A stretch of 64,000 nucleotides of DNA from Candidatus Latescibacterota bacterium (GTDB lineage: Bacteria > Latescibacterota > UBA2968 > UBA8231), in the NCBI GenBank assembly GCA_965242865.1, contig CBDETK010000013.1, forward strand, positions 224,001 to 288,000, in the 5' to 3' direction. Shown here one piece after another: positions 26,240 through 35,747 of this stretch. The position numbers were made by a program, and so were the translations under genes. Position 1 is the stretch's first letter, and each line of letters starts with the position of its first letter. The notes under the pieces were generated by a model, which searched no databases, was not told where the DNA came from, and saw nothing but the letters and a program-made list of their open reading frames with translations.

Positions 26240-26274
26240 GCCGCCGGTTGAGGCGATGAGGGCTGAGCTAGAGG
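26138..26274 (+). repeat. 37-bp direct repeat (100-bp period) of the aroE 3' end, flanking a GTAG-type palindrome
   Basis: gagccgccggttgaggcgatgagggctg(c/a)gctagagg at 26138 and 26238; gggacggcacgggggccgtccc-ttac lies between. Confidence 0.85.
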
Positions 26275-26354
26275 GGTTTAGCTCAGATGGTAGTCATCCT
26301 TTAAGACTGGATTCCGCAACAACAAATGACGCCTCATAGTAGGACTGCTTAGCC

Positions 26355-28073
26355 ATGACGATAACCGAAACATTAGAAGCGCACATCAGCGCGGCACTGG
26401 CCCGGGCGGGCGCACCCGCTGGTTCCCCGGCCCTCGTCGGCCCGGCCACTCGCCCGGAATTTGGCGACTACCAAGCCAACGGCGTGATGGCCGTGGCCAA
26501 AAAGCTCAAGACCAACCCCCGCGCCCTCGCCGCCCGAGTCGTGGAGGAACTGGATCTAGCGGATATGGCCGCGGCCGTAGCGGTCGCTGGTCCGGGCTTT
26601 ATCAATATCCAACTCAAGAGCGAATGGCTGGCCGAGCAGCTAGGGAACGCGCTGGCCGATCCGCGGCTGGGGGTGCCCAAGGCCGCGCCGCAAAAGGTCG
26701 TAATTGATTACTCGCATCCCAACTTGGCCAAGGAAATGCACATCGGCCATCTGCGGAGCACGGTCATCGGCGACGCCATCGCCCGCGTCCTCGAATTCTC
26801 CGGGCACGACGTGGTGCGCCACAATCACGTGGGCGACTGGGGGACGCAGTTTGGGATGCTCATCGCCCACTTGGACCAGCTCGCGGACCCGGCTACGGAA
26901 TTGGCCGATCTAGAAGTGTTCTACCAGTCGGCGCGGCAGCGCTTTGACCGGGACCCAACCTTTGCCGAGCGGTCGCGGGAATGCGTAGTCAAGCTGCAAC
27001 GCGGCGACCCGCACGTGCTGGGGATGTGGCAGCAATTCATCGACGAGTCGCTCGCCCACGGCCAGCGCATCTACGCCGCGCTCGGGGTCACACTCAAGCC
27101 CCAAGACGTGCGCGGCGAGAGCGCGTACAACGACGATTTGCCCCGCGTGGTCGAAGACTTGCAGGCCAAGGGCTTGCTCGTAGAGTCCAAGGGAGCGCAG
27201 TGCGTCTTCTTGGAGGAATTCAAAACCAAGGACGGCCAGATCACGCCGGTGATCGTGCAGAAGTCCGACGGCGGCTACCTCTATGCGACGAGCGACCTCG
27301 CGGCCGTGCGCTATCGAGCCGGTGACCTCGCGGCCGACCGAATTCTCTACATCGTGGATGCGCGCCAGTCCTTGCACTTGCAGCAGGTCTTTGCGGTGGC
27401 GCGGGCGGCCGGGTACGCGCCCGAGACGACCTCGTTGGAGCACCACGAGTTTGGCGCGATTTTGGGCGTGGACCACCGGCCGTTTAAGACGCGGGCCGGC
27501 GGCACGGTCAAGCTAATGGATGTGTTGGAGGAGGGCGTGGAGCGGGCCTTGGCCCAAGTGAGCGCGAAAAATCCCGCGATGGACGAACGCGAGCGGCGGC
27601 ACATTGCCCGCACGATTGGCATTGGCAGCGTCAAGTACCTGGAGTTGTCGTTCAATCGCACCTCGGACTACGTGTTCAACTGGGACAAAATGCTGGCCCT
27701 CGACGGCAACACCGCTCCCTACCTGCTCTATTCGTACGCCCGCATCAAGAGCCTGTTCCGCCGCGCCGCAGTCGATGAAGCGGCCCTCGCCGGCGCGATT
27801 GCCCTCGGCGAAAGGGCCGAAAACGCGCTCGCCATCAAGCTGTTGCAGTTTCCCGAAGTGGTCGCGGCCGTGGCTCGCCAGTGCTACCCACACGTGCTCT
27901 GCCACTATCTCTACGAGCTGTCCGACGCCTTTATGAAGTTCTACGAGCAGTGCCCGGTCTTGCGGGCGGACGCGCCGAAGCGCACCAGCCGGCTGCTGCT
28001 GGCGCTGTTGACCGCGCGCATCCTGCACCAAGGGCTCGACCTGCTCGGCATTGAGACCCTAGAGCGCATGTAA
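26355..28073 (+). CDS. argS: Arginyl-tRNA synthetase
   Basis: FGDYQAN, SHPNLAKEMHIGHLRST, NHVGDWGTQFG, KSDGGYLY, GNTAPYL. Confidence 0.97.
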   Translation: MTITETLEAHISAALARAGAPAGSPALVGPATRPEFGDYQANGVMAVAKKLKTNPRALAARVVEELDLADMAAAVAVAGPGFINIQLKSEWLAEQLGNALADPRLGVPKAAPQKVVIDYSHPNLAKEMHIGHLRSTVIGDAIARVLEFSGHDVVRHNHVGDWGTQFGMLIAHLDQLADPATELADLEVFYQSARQRFDRDPTFAERSRECVVKLQRGDPHVLGMWQQFIDESLAHGQRIYAALGVTLKPQDVRGESAYNDDLPRVVEDLQAKGLLVESKGAQCVFLEEFKTKDGQITPVIVQKSDGGYLYATSDLAAVRYRAGDLAADRILYIVDARQSLHLQQVFAVARAAGYAPETTSLEHHEFGAILGVDHRPFKTRAGGTVKLMDVLEEGVERALAQVSAKNPAMDERERRHIARTIGIGSVKYLELSFNRTSDYVFNWDKMLALDGNTAPYLLYSYARIKSLFRRAAVDEAALAGAIALGERAENALAIKLLQFPEVVAAVARQCYPHVLCHYLYELSDAFMKFYEQCPVLRADAPKRTSRLLLALLTARILHQGLDLLGIETLERM

Positions 28074-28612
28074 TGGTAAAAGGGCCGGTATTTCTGACGG
28101 GTTTTATGGGCGTGGGCAAGACCCGGGTCGGCCGCATTTTGGCGCGGCAGCTCGGGCGTTGCTTCTTGGACACCGACCTGATGGTCGAACAACGCGCCGG
28201 CAAGTCCATTGCGGAGATTTTCGCCGACGATGGCGAGGAGCACTTCCGCCAGCTAGAGCGCGCCTGCGTCCTCAAAGCCTGCCAACGCCTGGATGCCGTA
28301 GTGGCCTTGGGCGGCGGAGCCATCACCCGCGCCGACACCGTCGCGGCCGTGCGCTGCGCCGGCGTCTTGGTCTGTATCAAGGCCGACGTGGATACGATTT
28401 TTGCCCGCGTCCGCCATCGCTCCAATCGGCCCCTGCTCGCCGGATTGACGCCGCCGGCGCAGCGGGCCAAGATCAAGGCCCTGCTCCGCGCCCGCGCTCC
28501 GTTCTACGAGCAAGCCCACCTCGCCCTGTACACCACTCAGGCGCAGACGCCCGAGGACACGGCCGGGCAACTCCTCGACCTGCTGGAGAGTTATAGCCAT
28601 CCGAAAACTTGA
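28073..28612 (+). CDS. aroK: Shikimate kinase
   Basis: GFMGVGKT, DTD, GEEHFR, ALGGG, RPLL. Confidence 0.95.
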   Translation: MVKGPVFLTGFMGVGKTRVGRILARQLGRCFLDTDLMVEQRAGKSIAEIFADDGEEHFRQLERACVLKACQRLDAVVALGGGAITRADTVAAVRCAGVLVCIKADVDTIFARVRHRSNRPLLAGLTPPAQRAKIKALLRARAPFYEQAHLALYTTQAQTPEDTAGQLLDLLESYSHPKT

Positions 28613-28696
28613 AAGCATGGAATGTTCATCGAGTGCCTATCAGGAGTCATTCTCGCGAACGCGGGAATCCAGTCCTAAAGATGTAGGATTGCGATA
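28592..28696. mobile_element. MITE-like element with imperfect TATAGC..TCC / GGA..GC.ATA ends and an internal REP palindrome
   Basis: Left end tatagccatccga, right end taggattgcgata, REP at 28646-28672; 26 bp identical to 29833-29858. Confidence 0.6.
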
Positions 28697-29808
28697 TGCA
28701 AAGAATTGACTTGGACCTCCCAGGGGCTGCATACCCCATTTTCGTCGGTCACGACATCCTCGGGGAGCTAGGGACGCGCTGCCGCGACTTGGCCTTGGGC
28801 CGGCGCGTCGCGCTGGTGACCGACGAGGTCGTGGCCGCGCACTACCTGCAACCTGTGGCCGCCAGCTTGCGCGCCGCTAAGTTCGAGGTGTTGGAAATTG
28901 TCTATGCCGGGGGCGAGGACGCCAAGACCTTGGGCGGGGCCGATGGCCTGTTCGCGCCGATGATCGAGGCCGGGTTGGACCGCGGCGCGTGGGTTGCGGC
29001 CCTCGGCGGAGGCGTAGTCGGCGACATGGCAGGCTTTGTGGCCGCCACCTATTTGCGCGGCGTGCCTTACGTGCAGGTGCCGACGACCATTGTCGCGCAG
29101 GTGGATTCGAGCATTGGCGGCAAGACCGGGGTCAATCACGCGCTGGGCAAAAACCTGATCGGCACCTTTCACCAGCCGCGCTTGGTCTTGGCCGACACCC
29201 ACGCGCTGCGCTCGCTGCCGCGGCGGGAGCGGGTCGCCGGCCTAGCCGAGGTGGTCAAACACGGGCTGATCCGCGACGTTGCGCTCTTTGCCTTTTTGGA
29301 GGAACGCTTGGAGGACGTCGTGGATATGGCCTTGGCGCCGGAGACCTTGGACTGGCTCATTGCCCGCAACGTCGAGATCAAGGCCGAAGTGGTGGCCGCC
29401 GACGAGAAGGAGCAGGGCTTGCGGGCCATCCTCAATTACGGGCACACCATTGGGCACGCGATTGAGGCCGCCACCGACTACGGCCGCTACCGGCACGGGG
29501 AGGCCGTGATTTTGGGCTTGATCGCGGCCGGCGAAATCGCCTGTCGTGCGGGGTTTTGGCCGGACGCGGAAAGGCAGCGGCAGGACGCGCTGCTGGCGCG
29601 GTTGGGGGTGCCGAAGGGATTGGCCGAGGTGGAGGCCGAGCGGATTTTGGCCTGTGCCAAGGCCGACAAGAAGCGGGTGGATGGGCGGCTGCGGTTTGTG
29701 CTGGGGCGGCGGATTGGACAGGTGGAGATCGCCGAGGGCATCGCCGATGAGATGGTATGCGCGGCCATTGAATACGTGCAGCAGTGCTCCGGGGGCGACC
29801 TCGCTTGA
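28696..29808 (+). CDS. aroB: 3-dehydroquinate synthase
   Basis: GGGVVGDMAGF, VPTT, DSSIGGKT, KNLIG, EVVK, LNYGHT, HGEAV. Confidence 0.96.
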   Translation: MQRIDLDLPGAAYPIFVGHDILGELGTRCRDLALGRRVALVTDEVVAAHYLQPVAASLRAAKFEVLEIVYAGGEDAKTLGGADGLFAPMIEAGLDRGAWVAALGGGVVGDMAGFVAATYLRGVPYVQVPTTIVAQVDSSIGGKTGVNHALGKNLIGTFHQPRLVLADTHALRSLPRRERVAGLAEVVKHGLIRDVALFAFLEERLEDVVDMALAPETLDWLIARNVEIKAEVVAADEKEQGLRAILNYGHTIGHAIEAATDYGRYRHGEAVILGLIAAGEIACRAGFWPDAERQRQDALLARLGVPKGLAEVEAERILACAKADKKRVDGRLRFVLGRRIGQVEIAEGIADEMVCAAIEYVQQCSGGDLA

Positions 29809-29815
29809 GGGGAAC

Positions 29816-29858
29816 TATAGCTGTCCTAAATGACTTGAAAGCATGGAATGTTCATCGA
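29816..29858. repeat. Second (left-end) copy of the element at 28592
   Basis: tatagctgtcctaaa followed by acttgaaagcatggaatgttcatcga. Confidence 0.75.
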
Positions 29859-30032
29859 CGCCGTCTTTTTTATCGACGCGCTCGGCCCTTGTGGATTTAC
29901 TTGATTCGACGGACTATGTTGATTGGAGTTGATTGGAACAAGGCATGACCCTGCCGGTAGATTTGCTAGAGTTGAGAGAATCGACGCCGACGCTCAGAGA
30001 AAAGCAATCGGCACTAGCGAAAGGAGTACACT

Positions 30033-30404
30033 GTGAACATACACGTGGGTAATTTGGCAAAGACAGCCAAAAAGGAGGCACTGATCCAGCTCTTCCAACC
30101 GTATGGGAAGGTCGTGGCCGTGACCATCGCCCGGGACAAGAAAAGCGGTGCCTTGCGCGGTTTTGGCTACGTAGAGATGGCGACTCGGCGCGAGGGCGAA
30201 GAGGCCATCGCCCATCTCAACGACCAAGAATTTGAAGGGCAGAAGTTGCACCTCAGCGAGGCGCACGAGCGCAAGGACAAGGCCGGGCGCGGGGCGGGCA
30301 AGGGCGGCAATCGCTTTGACTCGCAACGCAGTAGCTTTTTCTCACCGCACGGCGGCCAGCGCAACGCGGGCACCATGCGGCGCAGTGGACGGCGGGGTTC
30401 CTAG
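30033..30404 (+). CDS. RRM (RNP-1) RNA-binding protein with Gly/Arg-rich tail
   Basis: IHVGNL (RNP2), RGFGYVEM (RNP1); SD aaggag. Confidence 0.9.
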   Translation: MNIHVGNLAKTAKKEALIQLFQPYGKVVAVTIARDKKSGALRGFGYVEMATRREGEEAIAHLNDQEFEGQKLHLSEAHERKDKAGRGAGKGGNRFDSQRSSFFSPHGGQRNAGTMRRSGRRGS

Positions 30405-30985
30405 CACACTAGCGCAAGTAGCTCGGCGTGGCTCTGTACGCGGAAGTCGGCAGGCCAGAGGTCCTGACCTAAAGCGTCGTAGTAAATGGTAGCGACCCCG
30501 GCGCGGCGACCGGCTTCGAGGTCGTAGCGGAAGTCGCCGACCATCACGACCGTCGCCGGCGCAGCACCCCAAGCGGCGAGCAGCTTGCGGATGCCATCGG
30601 GGTCTGGCTTGGGCACGGCCTCGGCGCGGCCTAAGATGTAAGCGGGGTCGAAGAATGCGGTAAGCTCGCAGACAGCGAGCGTCTGCAACGCATTGGCGTG
30701 GCTGTTGCGGGTGAGAATGCCGAGCCGGGCACCGCGTGAGACCAGTGAGGTCAGCAGCGCGTGGACACCGGGGAGGGGCTGGGCGCGAAGGGCATATTCA
30801 CGTTCGAGCGCGGCAAGGCGACGTCTGAGCACGGCCGCTTGGGCCTCGGGTCGGGCGTCGATCGCAGCGAGGATATCCTGGCCCAAAGGCAGGCCCAACT
30901 GCTGGCGCATGGCATCAAATTCAATGGCACTGTTGGCGAGGGTGTTGTCGAGATCGAAAATCCAGTGGGTGAAGTCCGCGAGCAT
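30401..30985 (-). CDS. HAD-superfamily hydrolase
   Basis: FDLDNTL, LTRN, KPDPDG, MVGD..YD. Confidence 0.88.
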   Translation of the reverse strand: MLADFTHWIFDLDNTLANSAIEFDAMRQQLGLPLGQDILAAIDARPEAQAAVLRRRLAALEREYALRAQPLPGVHALLTSLVSRGARLGILTRNSHANALQTLAVCELTAFFDPAYILGRAEAVPKPDPDGIRKLLAAWGAAPATVVMVGDFRYDLEAGRRAGVATIYYDALGQDLWPADFRVQSHAELLALVC

Positions 30986-31087
30986 TTTCTGCAAGTTTTG
31001 TGTCGTTTTGGCGAGGTGTGCTGAAGAGGGCTACTTTGCCAACTTCTGCTAAAGGGTTCGTTGTTTTGAAGCCTTGTGGTTTTCTAA

Positions 31088-31138
31088 ATTCCCGCCCCGT
31101 GTCGGAGCACGGGGTGACGTTCTTTTGCGGGAATGACG
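31088..31138. repeat. Extended REP-like palindrome (ATTCCCG-CCCCGTG..CACGGGG..GCGGGAATGAC)
   Basis: Near-identical to 32617-32666 and to the reverse complement of 43644-43697. Confidence 0.85.
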
Positions 31139-31150
31139 GGCGCCAGCTAG

Positions 31151-32530
31151 CTACAACTGCTCGGCCAATTCTTCCGCCGGATAGGTGAGAATCTCGGCCA
31201 AGGTCGGATGGTAATGGGGGATGGTAGCCAAATCCTGCACTGTGCCGCGAAAGTACATCACCGCGATCAACTCGTGGATCAGCTCGCCGGCCTCCGGGCC
31301 GACAATGTGCCCGCCGAGCACTTCGCCCGAGCGCGGGTCGCAGAGAATTTTTGCGTGGCCGCAGGTCTCGCCCATGGTCAGGGACTTGCCGTGGTCGTCA
31401 AACGGGTAGCTGGCCGCCAAATAGGGCCGGTCCGCAACGCGGCAGTCGCGCTCGCTCAGGCCGACACTCGCTACCTGCGGGTCGGTAAACACGACCAGCG
31501 CGTTGAGGCGGTCGTCGAATCGGTGCTCGGGGCGGTCTGGGTGCGTGGCATTGTACGCGGCGATCTCGCCCTGCTCAATCGCGATGTGGACGACCTCGTG
31601 CTCGCCGTTGACGTCGCCGACCGCGTAGATGTGGGGTTGGCTGGTGCGCATGGCCGCATCCACGACAATGCGCCCGCCGGCGACCTCAACGCCGGCTTGG
31701 TCTAGGCCCAATTCGTCGATATGCGGCCGCCGGCCGAGGGCTTGGAGGACGAGGGCCGCCGAAGCTGTTTTTTCCGCGCCGCCCTCGGAAAAGTGCGCGA
31801 TCGTACGCCCGTTTTCCGCGGTGAATTGGCGCAACTCGGTGCCGGTGTACACCTCCATCCCCTCTTCGCGGAAGCGCGCTTCAACTGGCCGCGCCAAGTC
31901 CTCGTCGCCGGCCGAGAGAATGTGGTCGCTGCGCTGGATGAGCGTCACCTGAGTGCCAATGCGCTGAAAGAACTGGGCCAGCTCAACGGCGATGGGACCG
32001 CCGCCGAGGACGAGGAGGCTCGCTGGCTGCTGGCGCAGGTCGAGGGCCTCGTCGCTGGTGAGGTAGCCGACGTGGGCTAGCCCCGGGACCGGGACGCGGC
32101 GCGGGGTCGAGCCGGTGGCAATGATAAAATGCCCGGCTTCAATGACGTCGTCGCCGGCTTGGAGCGTCTGGGGCGACAGGAAGCGGGCGTGGGCTTGGTA
32201 GAGGGCGAAGCGGCCGTCGTGTAGTTGCTCGCGGCGATAAGCGGCAAAGTCAGCCACCAGCCGCGCCTTGCGCTCGACGATGGCCGCTAAATCAGCGCGG
32301 ACGTCCACCGGTGCTAGGCCAAACTCAGCGGCGCGTCTCATATACGCGGCTATTTCGGCCGAGCGCAGAATCGCCTTGCTGGGCATGCAGCCGCGCAGAA
32401 TGCACAGCCCCCCCCAAGGGCCTGGGTCGATAACCGCGACCTGCGCGCCGGCCGCATGGGCCGTGCGGGCCGCGGCGTACCCGGCCGAGCCCCCGCCGAT
32501 AACCGCGATGTCGCATTGCACAGTTGCCAT
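31151..32530 (-). CDS. Pyridine nucleotide-disulfide oxidoreductase (dihydrolipoyl dehydrogenase / mercuric reductase family)
   Basis: IGGGSAG, GGLCILRGCMPSK, GGGPIAVE, YAVGD, HYHPTLAE. Confidence 0.9.
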   Translation of the reverse strand: MATVQCDIAVIGGGSAGYAAARTAHAAGAQVAVIDPGPWGGLCILRGCMPSKAILRSAEIAAYMRRAAEFGLAPVDVRADLAAIVERKARLVADFAAYRREQLHDGRFALYQAHARFLSPQTLQAGDDVIEAGHFIIATGSTPRRVPVPGLAHVGYLTSDEALDLRQQPASLLVLGGGPIAVELAQFFQRIGTQVTLIQRSDHILSAGDEDLARPVEARFREEGMEVYTGTELRQFTAENGRTIAHFSEGGAEKTASAALVLQALGRRPHIDELGLDQAGVEVAGGRIVVDAAMRTSQPHIYAVGDVNGEHEVVHIAIEQGEIAAYNATHPDRPEHRFDDRLNALVVFTDPQVASVGLSERDCRVADRPYLAASYPFDDHGKSLTMGETCGHAKILCDPRSGEVLGGHIVGPEAGELIHELIAVMYFRGTVQDLATIPHYHPTLAEILTYPAEELAEQL

Positions 32531-32561
32531 AGTTTGTTTTTGTCCTACTGTTGAGCGCTGA

Positions 32562-32721
32562 GAAGCGTTCTTAACATTAGGGTTTCCGTTTCTGGTTCGG
32601 CTTGGTCCTTTGCTGGATTCCCGCCCCGTGTCGGAGCACGGGGTGACGTTCTTTCGCGGGAATGACCGCTAGAGGCGTCAAGCAAGACGAGCCAAAGCAA
32701 CATGAGTGTTAAGAACGCTTC
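32562..32721. mobile_element. 160-bp MITE with perfect 15-bp TIRs, TGA target duplication and a REP palindrome core
   Basis: gaagcgttcttaaca (32562-32576) and tgttaagaacgcttc (32707-32721), with tga on both outer sides. Confidence 0.8.
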
Positions 32722-32734
32722 TGAGGTTTTTCCC

Positions 32735-33940
32735 TTGAACTTGAAGGTACTCCATCTCCTATTCGCGGCTTTGCTCTGCGGCGTGCTGGCCCCGCCCGCT
32801 TGGGGCGAGGATGCCTATACGATGCGCGGCTTTGATGCGCGCATCCAGCAGGGCATCGATCTGATTTACAATCTGCGCTTTGCGGAAGCCGAGCGCCACT
32901 TTCAGGCCATTGTCGAGGCCGAGCCAGACAACCCCCTCGGCTACTTCTTTCGCGCGATGATCGCTTGGTGGCGGATCCTCATTGACTTGGACGACAAAAC
33001 CCACGACGAAGAGTTCTACGACCGGCTCAAGCAGTGCATCGAGGTCTGCGACCGGCGGCTGGCCCAAGACCCGATGGATTTCGACGCGATTCTCTTCAAA
33101 GGCGGGGCCATTGGTTTCCGCGGCCGCCTGCGCGGCGACCGCAAGCAGTACGTGCGGGCGGCGCACGACGGATTGCGCGGCTTACCCCTCCTGAAGAAGA
33201 GCCGCCAGCTTGAGCCGACCAACAAGGACATCCTCTTTGGGCAGGGCCTGTATCACTACTTCGCCGAGGTCATGCCCCAACGCCACCGGGTTCTCCGGCC
33301 GATTATGGCCTTTTTGCCCGACGGCGATCGCTTGCTGGGGCTGCAGCAGCTCCAAGAGGTCGCCCGCGAGGGGGCCTACGCCCGCACTGAGGCCGCTTAT
33401 TTTCTAGGGCAAATCTACCGAATGTTTGAAAAGGACAACCGCAGCGCCCTGTCCTATTTTGAGGAACTCTACGCTCGCTATCCCGACAATGCCATCTTCC
33501 ACCGCTACGCGGCGTGGCTCATGATCGACCTGGGCCGCTGGCGGTCGGGGGTGGCCTTGTACGAAGAATACGTGCGGCGCGGCTTGACCGGTCAGACCGG
33601 GTATCACCGCCACGGTCGCTTGGAGGCGCGGTACTACTTGGGCAAGTACGCCTATTTCGAGCGGCGCTATCCCCAAGCGGTCGACCACCTCGCGGCCACC
33701 GACCGGCTCGCGGCCGGTTCCGCACGCGCCCGGGATTTGGCGTTTGCCGCGCTGGCCAACCTGCTGCTCGGTCAAGTCCACGATCTAGCGGGCCGCCGCT
33801 CAGAGGCCGTTTTTCGCTACCAGCGAGTGCGGCGCTTGCCCGACCACGCGGGCACCCACCAACGGGCGCAACACTACCTGCACGCGCCCTATCGAGCGGG
33901 CACCAGCGAGGCGCTCAATCTTGCTCCTCCAACCGAATGA
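32735..33940 (+). CDS. Secreted TPR-like helical repeat protein
   Basis: Signal peptide ..APPAWG-E and TPR-like AAYFLGQIY, ARYYLG repeats; the ATG at 32702 lies inside the MITE. Confidence 0.75.
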   Translation: MNLKVLHLLFAALLCGVLAPPAWGEDAYTMRGFDARIQQGIDLIYNLRFAEAERHFQAIVEAEPDNPLGYFFRAMIAWWRILIDLDDKTHDEEFYDRLKQCIEVCDRRLAQDPMDFDAILFKGGAIGFRGRLRGDRKQYVRAAHDGLRGLPLLKKSRQLEPTNKDILFGQGLYHYFAEVMPQRHRVLRPIMAFLPDGDRLLGLQQLQEVAREGAYARTEAAYFLGQIYRMFEKDNRSALSYFEELYARYPDNAIFHRYAAWLMIDLGRWRSGVALYEEYVRRGLTGQTGYHRHGRLEARYYLGKYAYFERRYPQAVDHLAATDRLAAGSARARDLAFAALANLLLGQVHDLAGRRSEAVFRYQRVRRLPDHAGTHQRAQHYLHAPYRAGTSEALNLAPPTE

Positions 33941-35747
33941 CCTCCTCGTGGTACACGCGCATCAAGTCTGAGTGCATCAGATACCCCCAAAACGCACCCT
34001 CCCCCTCGGCGGTGGTTTGCACCACGGGCAGCTTGTCGTAGCCGGAATCGAGCAGTTTCTGCAGGGCTTCGTGCAGGTCGTCCTCCGCGTCTATGGGCCG
34101 GACGTCATCGACGACCATGTCCTCGATGAGCACCAAGTTCCGCAGCATCTCGTCTTCGGGCAGGTCGAGGTCTTCGAGGCTGATCATGCCGCGCAAGCCG
34201 CCACGGTCATCGGTGACGACAAAGTGCAGGTGGCCCAGCTTTTTGCTCAAGGTGCTCAGGGAAAAGTAGGAAAGCCGATTGCTGACGATGGCCTCAGAGG
34301 TGTTTTTGAGGCGCGGAAACACGTTGCGGACTTGGAGATTGTGCAGCACGTTGACGGTTAAGTCTTTGATGTGAGCGGGCGAGTGGAACTTGTTTTGGAC
34401 TTGGTTTTGGTAGATGGAAAAGTTGCGGGCGAAAATCAAGGCGAGGGCACTGACGACCATCAGCGGCGGCAGCAGGTGGTAGGAGCCACTCATTTCGATG
34501 ATGAGTATCAGGGCCGCTAGCGGCGTATTGGCCACCGCCCCAAAGAACGAGGCCATGCCCACCACGATATAAGCGGCCGGTTGGTGGACGATGTGGGGAA
34601 AGTACTGTTGGCTCAAGAGGCCCACGGTGCCGCCGAGCATCCCGCCGATAAAGAGCGACGGACCAAAGACCCCGCCCGACCCACCGCTGGAGATCGTGCA
34701 GCTAGAGGCGAGGATTTTGAGCAGGGCGAGCACTAGGAAGGTGCGGACGCCGAGTTCGCCATCGAGCCCTTGCTGGATGACGCCGAACCCATCGCCCAGC
34801 ACTTGCGGATCGAAGAAGGCCACCAGCCCCACCAGCAAGCCGCCGCCGCAGACGACCCAGTAGCGGGGCAGCGGCACGCGGTCGAACAGGGTGCGCGTCA
34901 AGCGCAGGGCCTTGACGTAAAAAATGCCGACCAAGGCGCAGAAAAACCCCAGCACTAGGTAAAAGACCAATTCGCGCACATCCGTGAACAGCAGGTCGGG
35001 CAGGGCGAAAATATGCGAGAAGCCAAAAACGGCTATGTAGAGCGCGTAGGCCGCAAAGGAGCTGATGACGCAGGGGATGAGCGCGTCGCTTTCAAAGTCT
35101 TCGCGGTAGAGAACTTCCACGCTGGCAATCGCAGCGCCGAGGGGAGCGCGGAAAATCGCGCCGAGCCCGCCGGCCGTGCCCGCCAGCAGCAAAATGCGCC
35201 GCTGGGCCACCGAGAGCTTGAGCTTGTCGCCGACCCAAGAGCCTAAGCCGGCGCCAATATGCACCAACGGACCTTGTTGACCGGCCGCGCCCCCGGAGGC
35301 GAGCGTGATGATGGTTGCCAGTGCCTTGACCGGGGCGACGATGAGGCGAATGTGCCCGCGCTGGTTGTGGAAGGCGTCGATCATGGCGTCGGTGCCCGCG
35401 CCTTGGGCTTCGGGCGCGAAGCGGTGCGTCAGGTAGCCGCTGAGCAGGCCGCCCAGTGCCGGCAGCAACAGCAGCAGCCACAACAGCTCTCCGTACGCCG
35501 GTGCGCCGAAAAAGGAGAAGTCGAACTGCGCCTCGTTGTGGGGGTGGCTCTGGCGATAGCCAGCCAGTTTCTCGACGAGCAGGAACTTGGCCAGCGCCAG
35601 GCCGTAGGTGAACAGCACGGCGCCCAAGCCAGCAATCAGGCCGATGAGCGCGCTGTAGAGATAGATGCGGGAGACGAACTCAAAGCCGAGCCAATCGCGG
35701 AGCACGCGGGCGGCTAGCCCCCGGGCCTTCGGGGCGGCTTCAGGCAC
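33915..35747 (-). CDS. ClC-family chloride channel/transporter with CBS domains
   Basis: GAGTD, GQQGP, FRAPLGAA, GGSGGVFGP, C-terminal CBS pair. Confidence 0.9.
   Translation of the reverse strand: MPEAAPKARGLAARVLRDWLGFEFVSRIYLYSALIGLIAGLGAVLFTYGLALAKFLLVEKLAGYRQSHPHNEAQFDFSFFGAPAYGELLWLLLLLPALGGLLSGYLTHRFAPEAQGAGTDAMIDAFHNQRGHIRLIVAPVKALATIITLASGGAAGQQGPLVHIGAGLGSWVGDKLKLSVAQRRILLLAGTAGGLGAIFRAPLGAAIASVEVLYREDFESDALIPCVISSFAAYALYIAVFGFSHIFALPDLLFTDVRELVFYLVLGFFCALVGIFYVKALRLTRTLFDRVPLPRYWVVCGGGLLVGLVAFFDPQVLGDGFGVIQQGLDGELGVRTFLVLALLKILASSCTISSGGSGGVFGPSLFIGGMLGGTVGLLSQQYFPHIVHQPAAYIVVGMASFFGAVANTPLAALILIIEMSGSYHLLPPLMVVSALALIFARNFSIYQNQVQNKFHSPAHIKDLTVNVLHNLQVRNVFPRLKNTSEAIVSNRLSYFSLSTLSKKLGHLHFVVTDDRGGLRGMISLEDLDLPEDEMLRNLVLIEDMVVDDVRPIDAEDDLHEALQKLLDSGYDKLPVVQTTAEGEGAFWGYLMHSDLMRVYHEEVIRLEEQD

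Noticed and set aside
31151-32530. Mercuric reductase merA
   Set aside because: It lacks the C-terminal Cys-Cys pair and mer operon context, and ends in HPTLAE like lipoamide dehydrogenase-type enzymes.
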